DNA of 64,000 bases, taken from Chiloscyllium plagiosum (lineage: Eukaryota). Below are positions 38,038 through 51,870 of this stretch, in pieces. Position 1 is the stretch's first letter; the number at the start of each line of letters is the position of its first letter. The notes beneath the pieces were generated by a model that had not been told where the DNA came from, did not search any database, and worked only from the letters and a program-made list of their open reading frames with translations. A program made the translations under genes and the position numbers. Where the stretch lies: assembly GCF_004010195.1 (NCBI RefSeq), contig NC_057756.1, positions 7,005,095-7,069,094 of the forward strand. Reading direction: 5' to 3'.

Positions 38038-38513
38038 GAGACTCTGACAGAGCTCGCAACCTTCACGAAGGAACAAACATGCTGAAAATTTCTCTCTCTG
38101 GGATGTCAATCACCTGCTGAGACCCCGGGGTTACCGAACATCGCCTCCGTCTTGGTGGATGGATCTCGCTGGAGGGACCGGGGCAACGTGGAGAAGACCC
38201 TTTCGCTTTGCTTGCTCGGCAACTGGACGTTTCTCCTCAAAGGGACAGGTTGCTGCTATGACAGGCTTGCAGTTGAGTTTTGTCAGAGCGTTAACCTAAT
38301 TTATACCAGTTACCAACCTTTAACGTCTGCCTTTCTGCTTCACCACAAAAGAAAATATTAACCCGAGAAATAACAAAGGGATACACTGCCTAACTGCGAA
38401 GATTTACGGGTATTCTCCAAGTTGGCACTAATGAAATGGTTTCTCACTGATGGGTGTCCATGGGTGTGTTCACTTCAGTATGACTCTTCCCCTGTGTTTT
38501 TCTCTGTTGATGT

Positions 38514-38519
38514 AATAAA
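38514..38519 (+). promoter_or_regulatory. Candidate polyadenylation signal of gene A
   Basis: AATAAA followed by GT-rich ttggttggtttgt at the end of the putative 3' UTR. Confidence 0.5.
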
Positions 38520-40609
38520 TTGGTTGGTTTGTAACTATCAGAGTCCACTGTGATTGTCCTGACAGAAAGTAGTCTTCTGTTTTCAGAACAACGTACACAC
38601 AGATGGGCACCTACAGACATAGACCACTTGGCACCTTGTGCCATTCAGTGGGCAGTCCTGGATTGTAACCTCAAATCCACTTCCTCCCCTTCTCCTGAGA
38701 AGTTTCAAATCTCCCCCACCACCCCATGCCAAGGTCCCTAAGGAGGTGATTCTTCAACACTTGAATGTTCTGTTGGCAGTGCTGTGGGGAGCTGGTGCCC
38801 TTTGGCATTGTCACCGGGTGAGGGGTCCAGAAATCGGTGCAATTTTCCAGAAAAGCAGGTTCAAATCCTGCCAATACAGATTGTGGGACATGAGCTCAGT
38901 TAAAAGGTGGGTGGCACGGTGGCTCAGTGGTTAGCACTGCTGCCATCCAGGACTAGGGCTCAGGGTTCAATTCCTGCCTTGGCTGGCTGACTGTGTGGAG
39001 TTTGCACATTCTCCCCGTGTTTGCGTGGGTTTCCTCCGGGTGCTCCGGTTTCCTCCCACAGTCCAAAGATGTGGCGGTCAGGTGACTTGGCCATGCTAAG
39101 TTGCCCATAGTGTTAGGTGCATTAGTCAGGGGTAAATATAGGGTAGAGGAATGGGTCTGGGTGGGTTACTCTTTGGATGGGCGGTGTGGACCTGTTGGCC
39201 GAAGGGCCTGTTTCCACACTGTAGGGAATTTATTCTAAAAAATGTGGAGATCAATGACTAGCATTGAACCCATTGCTTGATAGTGTTGCAGAACAGAGAG
39301 ACCTGGGCATTCAGGTACACTACCTTTTGAAGTTTGCATCACAGGTAACTCTAACTTCTTCGATAATCCATCCTACAATCTTTCTCCCTTTCTGAAATAC
39401 AATTTAGCTCAGAACTCTTGAGTATCTGTGTAAACTTCTATCATTGTGCATCAACTGTCTTGCCTTTTAATCTTCCCACAGAGACCAATCGGGACAGATC
39501 TATCCACGTGCTTCCGCAACTACCTTTGTTCATCTCCAGAATGCTTGTGTGGGATTCCAGTTTCTCCTCCCCAAACTGAATTTGGAATTCTGGCATGTTA
39601 TGATCACTCTTCCCGAGACGATGCTTCACTCTGACAGTGTTAATCCCATCTCATTACACATTGACAGGGGGAGAGGAAGGAGAGCAGAAATGTTCTGGGA
39701 TTCCAGTCAGGGGATGGGACAGTATATTTCTGGCAGTAAAGTGACTCCAGGACGGTGCATTGCCAACACGGTGTCAGGATCAAGGATGTCATGGGGCGAT
39801 TGTTGGGTGTCCTACAGGGGTGATGGGCAGTGTGGTGAACAACCAGAGGTCGTTGGCATCAACAATATTGATAGGAAGAGGGATCATGTTCTGGAATCAG
39901 AACTTTTTTCGGAGTTAGAAGGAAATTTGAAAAGTAGGATCTCAAGAGCAGTCATTGCAGGATTGCTCCCAGTGCCACCTGCTGGTGAGCACAGGAATAG
40001 AGACATTGATCGTTTGAGAGACGTGGTTGGGGACTTGGTGTAAGAAGGAGAGAATCAGGTTTCTGGGGTATTGGGTCCAGTTCAGTCACAATCCTGTGGG
40101 TTCTGTAGACCACGGGTGTATTGGCTTGTGAGCGTTTGCAGCAGCTCTTACGAGTTACACCTGTCCTTGCCTCCACCTCCTCTCACTGGACCCAGCCTGG
40201 GAATACACACAGACACAACGCTGCAGGTTCAAACCCTGGGCAGCCCTAGGTACACACTCACAACACAAACTGACACAAGACGTTTGCAAAACTTAACACA
40301 CATTCTTTGTACAAACTGATACCACACTTTTACATAGATCAGCACAGGCTTATTTCTCAAATTCAAGACAAGAGTTTTGCACAGATTGATTCAACTTTTG
40401 TGCCAAAATTAATAAAGTTTTTTGCACGTTTGCACAAACTAACACTTTTTTATACACATCGATACAACGTTTTTTGCTCAAATGAGCTAAAATTTATGCC
40501 ACTGATTAATCTAAAATTTTTGCACAGATTAATGAAACTCCAATGTACCACTGATGTCTGCAAGCTTTGGGTTTTACCCGATTGTGGGTACATCTTCTAG
40601 TTTCTTCCT

Positions 40610-40615
40610 TTTATT
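40610..40615 (-). promoter_or_regulatory. Candidate polyadenylation signal of gene B
   Basis: AATAAA on the minus strand, ~440 nt past the predicted stop. Confidence 0.4.
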
Positions 40616-41052
40616 TTGCCATTTTTGGGTCACCTAGTGAAACGGGGCGTTGAATATTCATTGTGCAAAGACTCCCATGAAGCGCATTTTAAAAACTTGA
40701 TGAAACTTGCGACGAATTTAGTTGAAGTGTGCAGGGAGGAGAGCTGTAACCCCTACTGCAGCCACAAGGCGGAGCTGGAGATAGCAGATCAGTGAGAAGC
40801 TGATGACCCCTGAGCAACATGCGCCCTCTGCTGCTCATCAGAAACCCTGCAATTCCCCATCCCTGCAACAATGGCATTGTCTCCTCACCACACTTCCAGG
40901 CACTGTATTCCAGGACACAACTACTCAATGGGGCGACCCACACACCATGATGAAATCATCAAAAAGTACTCAATAGTCCAATTTGTGCCAGATTCAGCTG
41001 GTGAGTAAATGACCAAGGAAATACTTGCATCCGCTTAGCGCCTTGCACATCC

Positions 41053-41110
41053 TCAGGGCATTCCGTCTTGCTTGGCAAATGGCAAGGGCTTTTTTGAAGC
41101 GGTGTCCCTG
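41053..41110 (-). CDS. Gene B, candidate terminal coding exon
   Basis: ctctcttattgttacag|cag NAGNAG acceptor. In phase 2 it reads (S)RDTASKKPLPFAKQDGMP*. Total CDS 972 nt. Confidence 0.5.
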
Positions 41111-44100
41111 CTGTAACAATAAGAGAGGCAAGAGGTTAATACGTGTGCACAGTCGCAAATAGGAAATCTGAGTTTTGTTTTCACTTTAAATTAATGTGGG
41201 TTGAGGTTGAGACTAATGTGGGTTGAGGTTGAGGGAGCATCCAAGCCTCTCAACCTGACGTTTCATGTTCAAGACCCACTCCAGGCCTTAACGTCCAATG
41301 AATGCACATTCGGAATGACTTGAGGCCTTTCTATGTCCCTCAGCCTTGCCTGCAGGAGGCAGTATTTATGTGAGAGCCTCCTGTAAGTCAGGCTTGCTTT
41401 GTGACAGTGCCCCCCAAGCATTAGTCTCTGGTGACCATCTCCAGGAAGGATGTGGTTTGTCTGCCTCATACTCCCCAAGGCAAGAAAGGGCAGATGTTGA
41501 TTGAAAGATGGGCCATGGCATCTGTTCTTCTTCAGAATTGTCCCGGGGGATCCAGAGAGTTGACCTGAGGGCATTGCTGGTAAAATATCTTCACCCAAAG
41601 AAGACTATGGCACTCCCACACTACTGCCGCTGCTGTGTTGACTTAGATTGCAAACAAAATGGACAATACTGGTCTCATACCATTGGGGCTGAATGGATAA
41701 GAAGGAGTGGTTGATTGGTGTTGTTCTGAAGCTCCCCCAGCCTGCATCTACTTGGAGTGGTTGATTATAGGCTCATAGAGAATAACAGCATGGGACAGGC
41801 CCTTCAGCCCATTGAGTCTGCACTGACCAAAGGAGAAACCATCTCCGATCCTCCCTAATTCCATTTGACCCGAGGATATTTCATCCAGGTACTCTTTAAA
41901 GGTTGTGAGATTTCTCACCTCAACTACCCTCTGAGGCAGCACATCCAGACCCACCCATCACTCACTGAGTGAAAAATAATTTCCTTCCATCCCCTCAAAA
42001 CCTTCTGCCCTACATTAGATTACCTACAGTGTGGAAACAGGCTCTTCGGCCTAACGAGCCCAGACTGACCCTTCAAAGAGTAACCCACCCAGACCCATTC
42101 CCCTACCCTATATTTACCCCTGACTAATGCACCTAACATTATGGACAATTTAGCACGGCCAATTCACCTAACCTGTATATCCTCGGACTGTGGGCGGAAA
42201 CCCGAGCACCCAGAGGAAACCCACGCAGACACGGTGAGAATGTGCAAACTCCACTTAGACAGTCGCCCGAGGCAGGAATTGAACCTGGGTCCCTGGCACC
42301 ATGGGGCAACAGTGCTAACTACAGAGTCACTGAGCCAACCACATCTTAAAATGATGCCCGCTTGTTATTGTCTCTTCAGCACAGCAAGGCAACTGCTTCC
42401 TACCACCCTATCCTTGTCCCTCATAATCATGTACACCCCTTAGGCAGCACAGTGGCTCACAGTGCTGCCTCACAGAGCCTGGGTTCGATTCTACCGTCAG
42501 GCAACTGTCTGTGTGGGGTTTGCACATTCTCCCCGTATCTGCGTTGCTTTCCCCCTGGTGCTCCTGTTTCCTCCCACAATCCAAAGCCCTGCATGTTAGT
42601 TGGATTGGCCATGCTAAATTGCTCCCATAGTGCCCAGGGATGTGCAGGCCAGGAGGATTAACCATGATTAATGCGAGGTTACGGGGATAGGGTAGGAGCC
42701 TGGAATACTCTAAGAGTAGGATACTTTTCGGAGGCTCAGTGCAGACTCTTTGAGCTGTATGGGATCTTTCTGCAACGTAGGGATTCTGCAAACTGTATTA
42801 TGACCCCCTTCAACCTTCTGTGCTCTCAAGAAAACAACCTGAGCTTATCCAGCCTCTCTTCATAGCTAAACTGTGACATCCTGGTGAATGCACTCTCTCC
42901 AATGCAATCACATCCTTCCTATAATGAGGTGAGTGGAACTGTACAGCACCCCAGTTTATCAGAACAGACCCTTTGGAAAAAGACTCACTGGACTCGTGGT
43001 GTTAACTCTGCTCTGTCTTCGTAGATGCTGCAAGACCTGCTGAGTTCCTCTCGCAATTTCTGTTTTTGTTTGTTTCAGATTTCCAATATCTGCAGTTCCT
43101 TGTTTCATTTCATCCATATATCCAAATATGTGTAAGGCCCCTTTTGGAATACTGCATTCAATTCTAGTCTCCCTGCTTTTGGAAAGATGTTGTTAAACTT
43201 GCATGTTTATTGTGAGGGTTAGAGGGTTTGAGTGAGAGGGAGAGGCTGAATAGGTTGGGATTGTTTTCCCTGAATCGTCAGAGGCTGAGGGCTGACCTTA
43301 TAGAGTCATAGAGTCAAAGAGGTTATCGAGGTTTATAAAATCATGATGGGAATCGACAGAGTGAAGTCCAGAAGTAAAGAGCATAGGTTTAAGGTGAGAG
43401 GGGAAAGATTTAAAAGGGACCTAAGGGGCAACTTTATATAGAATAGCATCCCTCAGTGTAGAAACAGGCTCTTCAGCCCAACAAGTCCACAACAACCATC
43501 TGAACAGTATCCCATCTAAACCCATTCCTCTGCACTATTACTCTACATTTGCCCCTAACTAACACATCCCTGGACACTATGGGTAATTTAGCACAGCCAA
43601 TCCACCCTAACCTGCACATCCCTGGACACTATGGGCAATTTAGCAATGGCCAATCCACCCTAACCTGCATGTCCCTGAACACTATGGAACAATTTAGCAT
43701 GGCCAATCCATCCTAACCTGCACGTCCCTGAACACTATGGGACAATTTAGCATGGCCAATCCACCCTAACCCACACAGACATGGGGAAAATGTGCAGACT
43801 CCACCCAGACAGTCGCCTGAGCCTGGAATCGAACCCACGTCCCTGGCATTGGGAGGCAGCAGTGCTAACCAGTGCTATTGGTGCATGAATGGAATGAGCT
43901 GCCAGAGGAAGTGGTGGAGGCTGGTGCAATAACAGCAGTTAACTGGCATCTGGATGGGAATATGAATAGGAAGGGTTTAGAGTGAGACAGGCCAAATGCT
44001 AGCAAATGAGTCTAGATTAATTTAGGATATAGATGAGTTGGACCGAAGGGTCAGTTCCAGTACTGTCCAACTCTATGATCTGATATGCTGTTTTGATCTG

Positions 44101-44247
44101 TGCCACGATACCATTGGATCGAGTAACAACACGGTCTTCATTGCGATCAATTTCCAAGTCCGTTTTAAGGTGTGGGGCAAGTTGACCTTTGTTACAGTTC
44201 ACTAAGGATCTGAATCCATTATTCGGGAATTACAAAGATAAACGTAC

Positions 44248-44291
44248 CTTTCCAACTGCTCATAGACCGATATGTTACTGATCTGAAGGTC
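44248..44291 (-). CDS. Gene B, cytoplasmic exon 2 (ITIM-like SVYEQL)
   Basis: tcttttattttccctccag| ... AG|gtacgt, 44 nt, phase 0 to 2. Reads DLQISNISVYEQLE. Confidence 0.75.
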
Positions 44292-45196
44292 CTGGAGGGA
44301 AAATAAAAGATATCACAGCCAATTCATATCAGTCTCAACAGGAATAGTGTCTGAAATGATTGAAATGCAGAGACACATACTGTGTAGTTTGAATTGGACT
44401 GATCCTGATTTCCACATTCTTTCTGTGAAGATAATTATTACGTTAAATGTTAAGAATGTCACATTTGTATTGAAGCAGCCTTTCATTCTCAGAGATTCCC
44501 TACAATGTGGAAACAGGCATGGAGTCCACACTGACCATCCAAGGAGTGTCACACCCACACCCCTACCCTATCCCTGTAACCCAATATTTCCCATGGTTAA
44601 TCCAACTGACCTACACATCCCTGAACACTGTGAGCAGTTTAGCACGGCCAATCCACACTAACCTGCACAGCCCTGGACATTATGGGACAACGTAGCACGG
44701 CCAATCCACCCGAGCCTACACATCCTTGGACACTGCGGACAATTTAGCATGGCCAATTCACAGAAAACTGCACATCTTTGGACTGTGGGAGAAAAGTGGA
44801 GCACCCGGAGGAAACCCACGCAGACACGGGGAGAATGTGCAAACTCCACACAGGCAATCACCCGAGAGTGGAATCGTACCCAAGTCCCTTGCACTGTAAG
44901 GCAGTAGTGCTAACCCACTGTGCTGTCCCTTCCTGACTGCAATTTTTAAATCAATCTATTGTTTTACAAGTTTAAGGAATCAAGTGCATTCATGTGGTTG
45001 GGGAGAGATATAAAATGTTCAAACAGCAGAGTTTTAATAGTTTCAGGTCTATTTCTTGGGACCTTTGATTCTATAATTTAAATGTTCTGAGCATTAACAA
45101 TGCTGAAATGCAAGGCCTGCTATCACTGTGCCCAGATTTTCTGACGAAAGGCTGTAGCCCGAAATGTCGATTCTCCTGCTCCTCGGATGCTGCTTG

Positions 45197-46362
45197 AGGC
45201 ATTCTACAAGGTTCCCCATGGGAGACTGATTAGCAAGGTTAGCTCTCATGGAATACAGGGAGAACTAGCCATTTGGATACAGAACTGGCTCAAAGGTAGA
45301 AGACAGAGGATGCTGGTGGAGGGTTGTTTTTCAGACTGGAGGCCTGTGACCAGTGGAGCGCCACAAGGATCGATGCTGGGCCCTCTACTTTTTGTCATTT
45401 ACATAAATGATTTGGATGCGAGCATAAGAGGTACAATTAGTAAGTTTGCAGATGACACCAAAATTGGAGGTGTAGTGGACAGCGAAGAGGGTTACCTCAG
45501 ATTACAACAGGATCTGGACCAGATGGGCCAATGGGCTGAGAAGTGGCAGATGGAGTTTAATTCAGATAAATGTGAGGTGCTGCATTTTGGGAAAGCAAAT
45601 CTTAGCAGGACTTATACACTTAATGGTGAGGTCCTAGGGAGTGTTGCTGAACAAAGAGATCTTGGAGTGCAGGTTCATAGCTCCTTGAAAGTGGAGTCGC
45701 AGGTAGATAGGATAGTGAAAAAGGTGTTTCCTTTATTGGTCAGAGTATTAAGTACAGGAGTTGGGACTTCATGTTGCGGCTGTACAGGACATTGGTTAGG
45801 CCACTGTTGGAATATTGTGTGCAATTCTAGTCTCCTTCCTATTGGAAAGATGTTGTGAAACTTGAAAGGGTTCAGAAAAGATTTACAAGGATGTTGCCAG
45901 GGTTGGAGGATCTGATCTACAGGGAGAGGCTGAACAGGCTGGGGCTGTTTTCCCTGGAGCGTCGGAGGCTGAGGGGTGACCTTATAGAGGTTTACAAAAT
46001 TGTGAGGGGCATGAATCGGGTAAATAGGCAAAGTCTTTTCCCTCGGATCGGGGAGTCCAGAACTAGAGGGCATAAGTTTAGGGTGAGCGGGGAAAGATAT
46101 AAAAGAGACCTAAGGGGCAACATTTTCACCCAGAGGGTGGTACGTGTATGGAATGAGCTGCCAGAGGAAGTGGTGGAGGCTGGTACAATTGCAACATTTA
46201 AAAGGCATTTGGATGGGTATATGAATAGGAAGGGTTTGGAGGGATATGGGCCGGGTGCTTGCAGGTGGGACTAGATTGGGTTGGGATGTCTGGTCGGCAT
46301 GGATGGGTTGGACCGAAGGGTCTGTTTCCATGCTGTACACCTCTATGAGGCTATGACTCTAT
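45197..46362 (+). mobile_element. 5'-truncated HER1/CR1 LINE inserted into a PLE terminus
   Basis: PQGSMLGP, FADDTK, KWQMEFN, ERVQKRFTR and a ctatgact tail. Small deletion near 45730. PLE sequence continues on both sides. Confidence 0.9.
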
Positions 46363-46748
46363 GACCTGCTGTGCTTTTCCAGCACCACACTCTCGACTGA
46401 TTGTTTCAACTTTAAAGGAATCACATGCTGGTAACGATCCCACAGACCGCTCAGCTTCTCTCGTTCAATCTCTCTCTCTTAAATGGAACCAGGACAAATA
46501 TACCTCTCCATGCCATAGCATGGTGACATTTGTGACAGGGATTCACAGGTCAGAAAGGACAAGCTGTATCTGGTAATAATTACCCATCATCCTTCTTTTT
46601 TCCAATTATTTGAAATTTTTCGACTCGTCACTGAAGCTCCTGCGACTGGAAACAATTTCACAAGAGTTCTCTTGTTTCAAAACTTACTGTAATTGCAACA
46701 TCTCTTGTTTAACTGATCAATAACAGTAACGTTAAGGTGAACACTTAC

Positions 46749-46828
46749 CTCGTCATTTACTGATGGCAGGAAGTTTTCGTACGTTGGCGCGCTGATGGTG
46801 CCACTCACTGTTGGTAGAATGTATCTTT
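46749..46828 (-). CDS. Gene B, cytoplasmic exon 1 (YENF motif)
   Basis: gatttcag| ... GAG|gtaagt, 80 nt, phase 1 to 0. Reads QRYILPTVSGTISAPTYENFLPSVNDE. Confidence 0.75.
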
Positions 46829-46889
46829 CTGAAATCAATCCAGCAACAAGGGATGAGTAAACGAAGGAGGAAGAGAATTTGATGAACTA

Positions 46890-47615
46890 AATGCAGACAA
46901 TGCTAGCAAAACTCAGCAGATCTGGCAACATCTCTGTGAGAGAGGAACAGAGTTAATGTCTTGAGTCTCATAGGGCTCCTCTTCAGATCTGAGGGATGTT
47001 AGAAATTGGAAACTTCCCACCCTCTGAGAAAAAGAACAGGAAATGACATCACCACAGGAAATGACACCACCAACCCAAAGAAACCCAAACATATAAATAA
47101 ATTGCAGGAATCATTGGCAATGCTTCACCTGGAGGCTCACTGAAGATGTGACCTAGTATGGTGACAAAACATCTGAAACTGAACCTTCCAGCTCAGCAAG
47201 CAAACCCACATCCAGAAATTAGAAACTTTTTCAACGTCTGTTCGCTCTGAAGAAAAGTCATACTGGGCTCAAAACATTAACTCTGTTTCTCGTCATGTTG
47301 CCATACATGCTGGGTTTTTCCAAACAGCTCTGTTTCTCAGATTTCTAACCTCCACAGTATTTCACTTTGTTTGGAGGAACTGCTGAGCTGACCTTCTTTG
47401 GCAAACTCTCTGCTCTCGGGAACGTTTGAACCAAGTGTTGGTTGTCATGGATAATGAGAACAGGTGAAAGGGAGGACTGCAGATGCTGGAGATTAAAGTC
47501 GAGAGTGTGGTGCTGGAAAAACACAGCAGGTCAGGCAGCATCTGAGGAGCAGGAGAATCGATGTTTTGGACAAAGGCCTTCATCAGGAATTCCTGATTTT
47601 CCTGCTCCTCAGATG
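46890..47615. mobile_element. Nested and adjacent decayed PLE termini in a gene B intron
   Basis: ctgaaga/ctgatga cores near 47140, 47246 and 47580 (-). Inverted arms. Confidence 0.55.
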
Positions 47616-48436
47616 GATAAGGAGAATCTCTACCTCGTCTCGGTATTAATCCCCTGATGTGTTCAAGGTCAAGGCTACCAGGATCAGATGCAGGATTAAT
47701 CAACACTTAAACTCCTTTTTCCATAGCAACTTTTAATAGGAGCTGTGACTCCAAGAGCAGGTACTTAAGGTGGGTGTACTCTATTTATATTGGAATAGAC
47801 TTAATACATCTTTTATTAAAGTTAGTCAATAGAATACGTGTAATTGCAGACCAGTTACTGTCCCTTTTTTTCATTTGTTGCACTGCCTCACTAGAATTAC
47901 TGACCCACAAGAAAACATTCAATGGAAAAAAGCTTACAAAGTTGAACACGGTTGTATTGAACCGGTGGATGAATTAAACTATCCCCCAGATGGGTCCCTT
48001 CACAGAACTGTTCTGGAGCAGCAAGTGGCTATTCCGCCCATCATGTGAGTCCTGGTTCTCCTGCTGGAAATGTCGATCGCCTGCCTTCTCCCCCATATCC
48101 CCTTGCATACCAATGTCCCCTCTTGATTGCCTCCAGGGAACCTGCCTCCAGCACATTTGCAGGCAGTGCATTCCACACTCGAACTGCTCCCTGGGTGAAA
48201 AAGTCTTTTTCTGACATTCCCCCCCCCCCTTTGCTTTGCACATCACTTTAACCCTACAGGCTCTGACTCGTCTTCCTTTTAGGAGCAGGAACAGCTTCTC
48301 CCTCTCTGCTGTATCTAGCCCCCTCATCCTTTCCTTTCCTCTCTGCCCGAAATCCCATTCCGACGGCCAGTGTTGACACAATTCATGATGGCCTCCGTTT
48401 GGGAATAAAACGGGTTTTATCACCCCGTTCACTTAC

Positions 48437-48577
48437 GCGTTTCTGAATGAGACATTTTCCGGACTTTGAAGAGTAAAACAGCAATTCCCATGAGTTCTGT
48501 GATGGAGATCACCGCGAGAACCACAACTGCAGCTTTCCATTCATGACTGCTGTAGCTATCTGACTGGGTGGTAGTCA
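48437..48577 (-). CDS. Gene B, transmembrane exon
   Basis: ctgttttgcag| ... |gtaagt, 141 nt, phase 1/1. Reads MTTTQSDSYSSHEWKAAVVVLAVISITELMGIAVLLFKVRKMSHSET. Confidence 0.88.
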
Positions 48578-49238
48578 CTGCAAAACAGAAAGAACTACGT
48601 AAGTCAGTGCCCTCATTGCTCTTGCTCACTTGCAAGTGACCTTGACGATGAGACTACGCAGTTATTGCACAGGATTATCCACTGGGAGCAGGATCTTGTT
48701 CAGTCCCATGTTCCCAAACGGATACAACACTGGTATTTACTTGGAAATGTGAAATGTTGCCTCAATGTACCAAAAGCAGAACAACTCCAACCCCAGCAGC
48801 CTCCTCCTGATCACCAGCAGAGTGGTTTATATGTGACAGTGGCTATCAAGTGGCATTTATAGAGTCATACAGCATGAAAACAGACCCTTCGGTCCAACTC
48901 GTCCAGGCAGACCCAGACATGCCCAATCTGACCTAATCCCATGAGCCAGCACTTGGCTCATATCCCTCTAAACTCTTCCTATTCATGTACCTGCTCAGAT
49001 TCCTTTTAAATACTGTAATTGTACCAGCCGCCATCACTTCCTCTGGCAGCTCATTACATTCACATGCTCTGTGTGAAAAAGTTGTCTCTTAGGTCCTTTT
49101 TTAAACCTTGCCCCTCCCACCTTAAACCTATGCCCTTTCGTTTTGGATTCCCCACACCCCAGGAAAAAGACCTTTGTTATTCACCTTATCTGTGCCCCTT
49201 ATGATTTTATAAACCTCTGAAAGATCATCCCTCTGATG

Positions 49239-49383
49239 GAGAAAGTGAGGTCTGCAGATGCTGGAGATCAGAGCTAAAAATGTGTTGCTGGAAAAACGCA
49301 GCAGGTCAGGCAGCATCCAGGGAACAGGAGAATCGACGTTTCGGGCATAAGCCCTTCCTGAAGAAGGGCTTATGCCCGAAACG
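49239..49383. mobile_element. Short inverted PLE terminus insertion with 14-bp TSD
   Basis: tcatccctctgatg at 49225-49238 and 49384-49397. Inversion point lies in the hammerhead core. Confidence 0.8.
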
Positions 49384-49672
49384 TCATCCCTCTGATGCTC
49401 TGGGGAAAAAAGTCCTTGCCTATCCAACCTCTCCATTTAACCCAAACCCTCCACACCAGGTAACACCCTTGTTCCCTTTCCAGTTTAATAACATCCTTCC
49501 TGTAGCAGGGTGACCAGAATTTTACACAATACCCCAAATGTGACCTCACCAACGTCTTGTTATCCCTCCTCATAACATAAGAGCCTTTAACAAAGCAAAT
49601 GTCCCAGACACCATTACAGACAAATGTTAGTGTGCTGTTCACTGTGAATTGATGTGAATCCAATGTACTCAC

Positions 49673-49951
49673 TGTTCAACTTCAAGGAGTAGGGCTCACT
49701 TGCTTTTTCACTCACAGGGCTACGTACAATACATCGATAGTTGCCAATATTGCTTGTGTCAACATGAATTATCATCAACATAGCATTTCCTGAGCAAAAT
49801 GTTGTCTTCCCTTTGCTGTTGACAAGACTCCCATTGAAGAGCCAAACTATTTCGGTCCAATCTCCCAGTACATGGCACCTTAGGGACACTGTGTCATTCT
49901 CTTTCACTGTGTTCGAAATATTGGATATAATAGACACAGAAGAGATTGGCT
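49673..49951 (-). CDS. Gene B, IgC2 A-type exon
   Basis: ttcacag| ... |gtgagt, 279 nt. Reads EPISSVSI...ENDTVSLRC...IVWLFNG...NIGNYRC...SEPYSLKLN. Confidence 0.92.
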
Positions 49952-50879
49952 CTGTGAATTGGAAACAGAAGAATTAATCACTCGTCCTGCACAGAACATT
50001 CAAATAATTTTGTTATGAAATATGATATATCGATGATGAATGATGACCTCATCGAGTCCTACAGCATGTCTAATCAATCCACGCTGATCATATTCCCAAA
50101 CTGAGTTAATCCCATCTGCCTGCGCTTGGCTCATATCCCTCAAAGCATGTCTTGTTCATGTCCTGATCTCAACGTCTTCTGAATGTTGTAACTGTACCCA
50201 GACTCACCACTACCTCTGGAAATTCATTCCAGACCCTCTCTGTGTCGAATAATTGCCCACATTGCCTTTTAAAAATCTTTCTCCTCTCTCCTTAAACTGT
50301 GCCTCCAAGTCTTGAATCCCCCAGCTATAGGGAAAAGACACCTGCCATCCATCTTATCCATGCCCCTCATGATTTTATAAATCTCAAGAAACCTCCAGTG
50401 AAAAAAACTCCCAGCCAATCCAGCCTCTTCTTATAACTCAAACCCTCCATTCCCAGCAAGGTCCTGGTATATCTCTTCTGAACACTGTCCAACGTAGTCA
50501 TATCCTTCCTATAACAAGGTGACCAGAACTGCACACTGAACGCTGGAAGACACCTTCCCAACATCCTGTACAACCCAGCATAATGTTCTAACTCCTATAC
50601 GCTAAGGTCTGAGCAAAGATGGTAAGTATGCTAAATGTCTTCCTCACCACCCAACCCAAATGTGATGCAAACTTCATAGAAATATATCCCAGAATCCCTC
50701 TAGGTCTGTCTGTTCCACATGACTACACAAGGCTCTACTTTTAATTGTACAAGTCCTGCCCTTGTTTCTTTCACATATATCCAAATTAAACTCCATCTGC
50801 TCGAATTCCACAACAATACTTAAAAAAACAATTTAGACCGAGATAAATCCACATGCTTTTACTTTTTTTGTAGCATTTC

Positions 50880-51870
50880 GAAGGCTAAGAAGTGACCAGA
50901 TTGAAGTCTTCAAGACATTAACAGGAGGAGACAGCATTGATAAGGATAAATTATTTCCAATGGTTGAGGATTAGAACTACAGGGCATAGTTGGACAGCAT
51001 TAAAATAAAAGGAAAAGCATGCAATATGGTGAAGATTAGTGGGAAGCCAGAGGATTGGAACGTCTTTACAGGATATCATTCCTGATGAAGAGCTTATGCT
51101 CCAAATGTCGACTCTCCTGCTCCTCAATTGCTACCTGACCTGCTTTGCTTTTCCAGCACCAGCCTTTTTGACTCTGATCTCCAGCATCTGCAAACCTCCC
51201 TTTCTCCAAGTCTTCAAAAGCCGGCCGAGGATAATGGAAAAAAGTAATGGGGGTGGAGAAGATGAAATATAGGGTAAAGTAGCTAATAATATTTTTAAAA
51301 ATTGCAAGAGTTATTAGCAATCTGAAAGGTAGAGCTAAGAGTGGACATTGGGCTGCTGGAAAATGAGGCTGGAGAAGTTGAAGTGGGGATCAAGGAAGTA
51401 GCAGAGGAACTGAATAGGTATTTTGCATTGGGTTTCACAGAGGAAGACATCAGTAATACACCAGAATTTCAAGAGGGTCAGGGGGTCAGGAGTGAGTTGG
51501 ATATCACAAGGGATAAGGTGCTGGGGAAGTGGAAAGCTGGATAAATCACTGGACCAAATGGACTACACCTCAGAGTTCTGAAGGAAATAGCTGAGGAAAC
51601 TGTAGAGGCATCAGTGTTGACCTTTTAGGAATCACTTGAGTCAGGGATGGTCCCAGAGGCCTGGTTAATGAGTAATGTAACAACACTGTGTAAAAAGGGA
51701 GGCAGGCAGAAGACAGGAAATTGTCGAGCGGTTAGCCTGACCTCAGTTGTTGGTAAGATTTTCGAGTCCGTTATTCAGAATCAGATTGCGGAGTGTGTGG
51801 AAGTCACTGGTAAAATAAGGTGGGTTCATCAAGGAGAGGTCATGCCTAAAAAACCTGTATCTTTGTGGAG
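50880..51870 (+). mobile_element. Older CR1 ORF2 fragments in a gene B intron, with a PLE terminus at ~51075-51210
   Basis: EELNRYFA and W..SNVT.L.KKG.RQKTGN.RAVSLTSVVGK motifs. Confidence 0.75.

Noticed and set aside
41640..41690. Alternative last exon of gene B (ccattcag| reading SPNGMRPVLSILFAI*)
   Set aside because: It has a plausible acceptor, but nothing supports it over the 41110 exon, which is followed by a polyA signal. Unresolved without RNA data.
44248..46828. ITAM in the gene B tail
   Set aside because: YENF and YEQL are ~17 residues apart and the first lacks L/I, so the YxxL-x6-8-YxxL consensus is not met.
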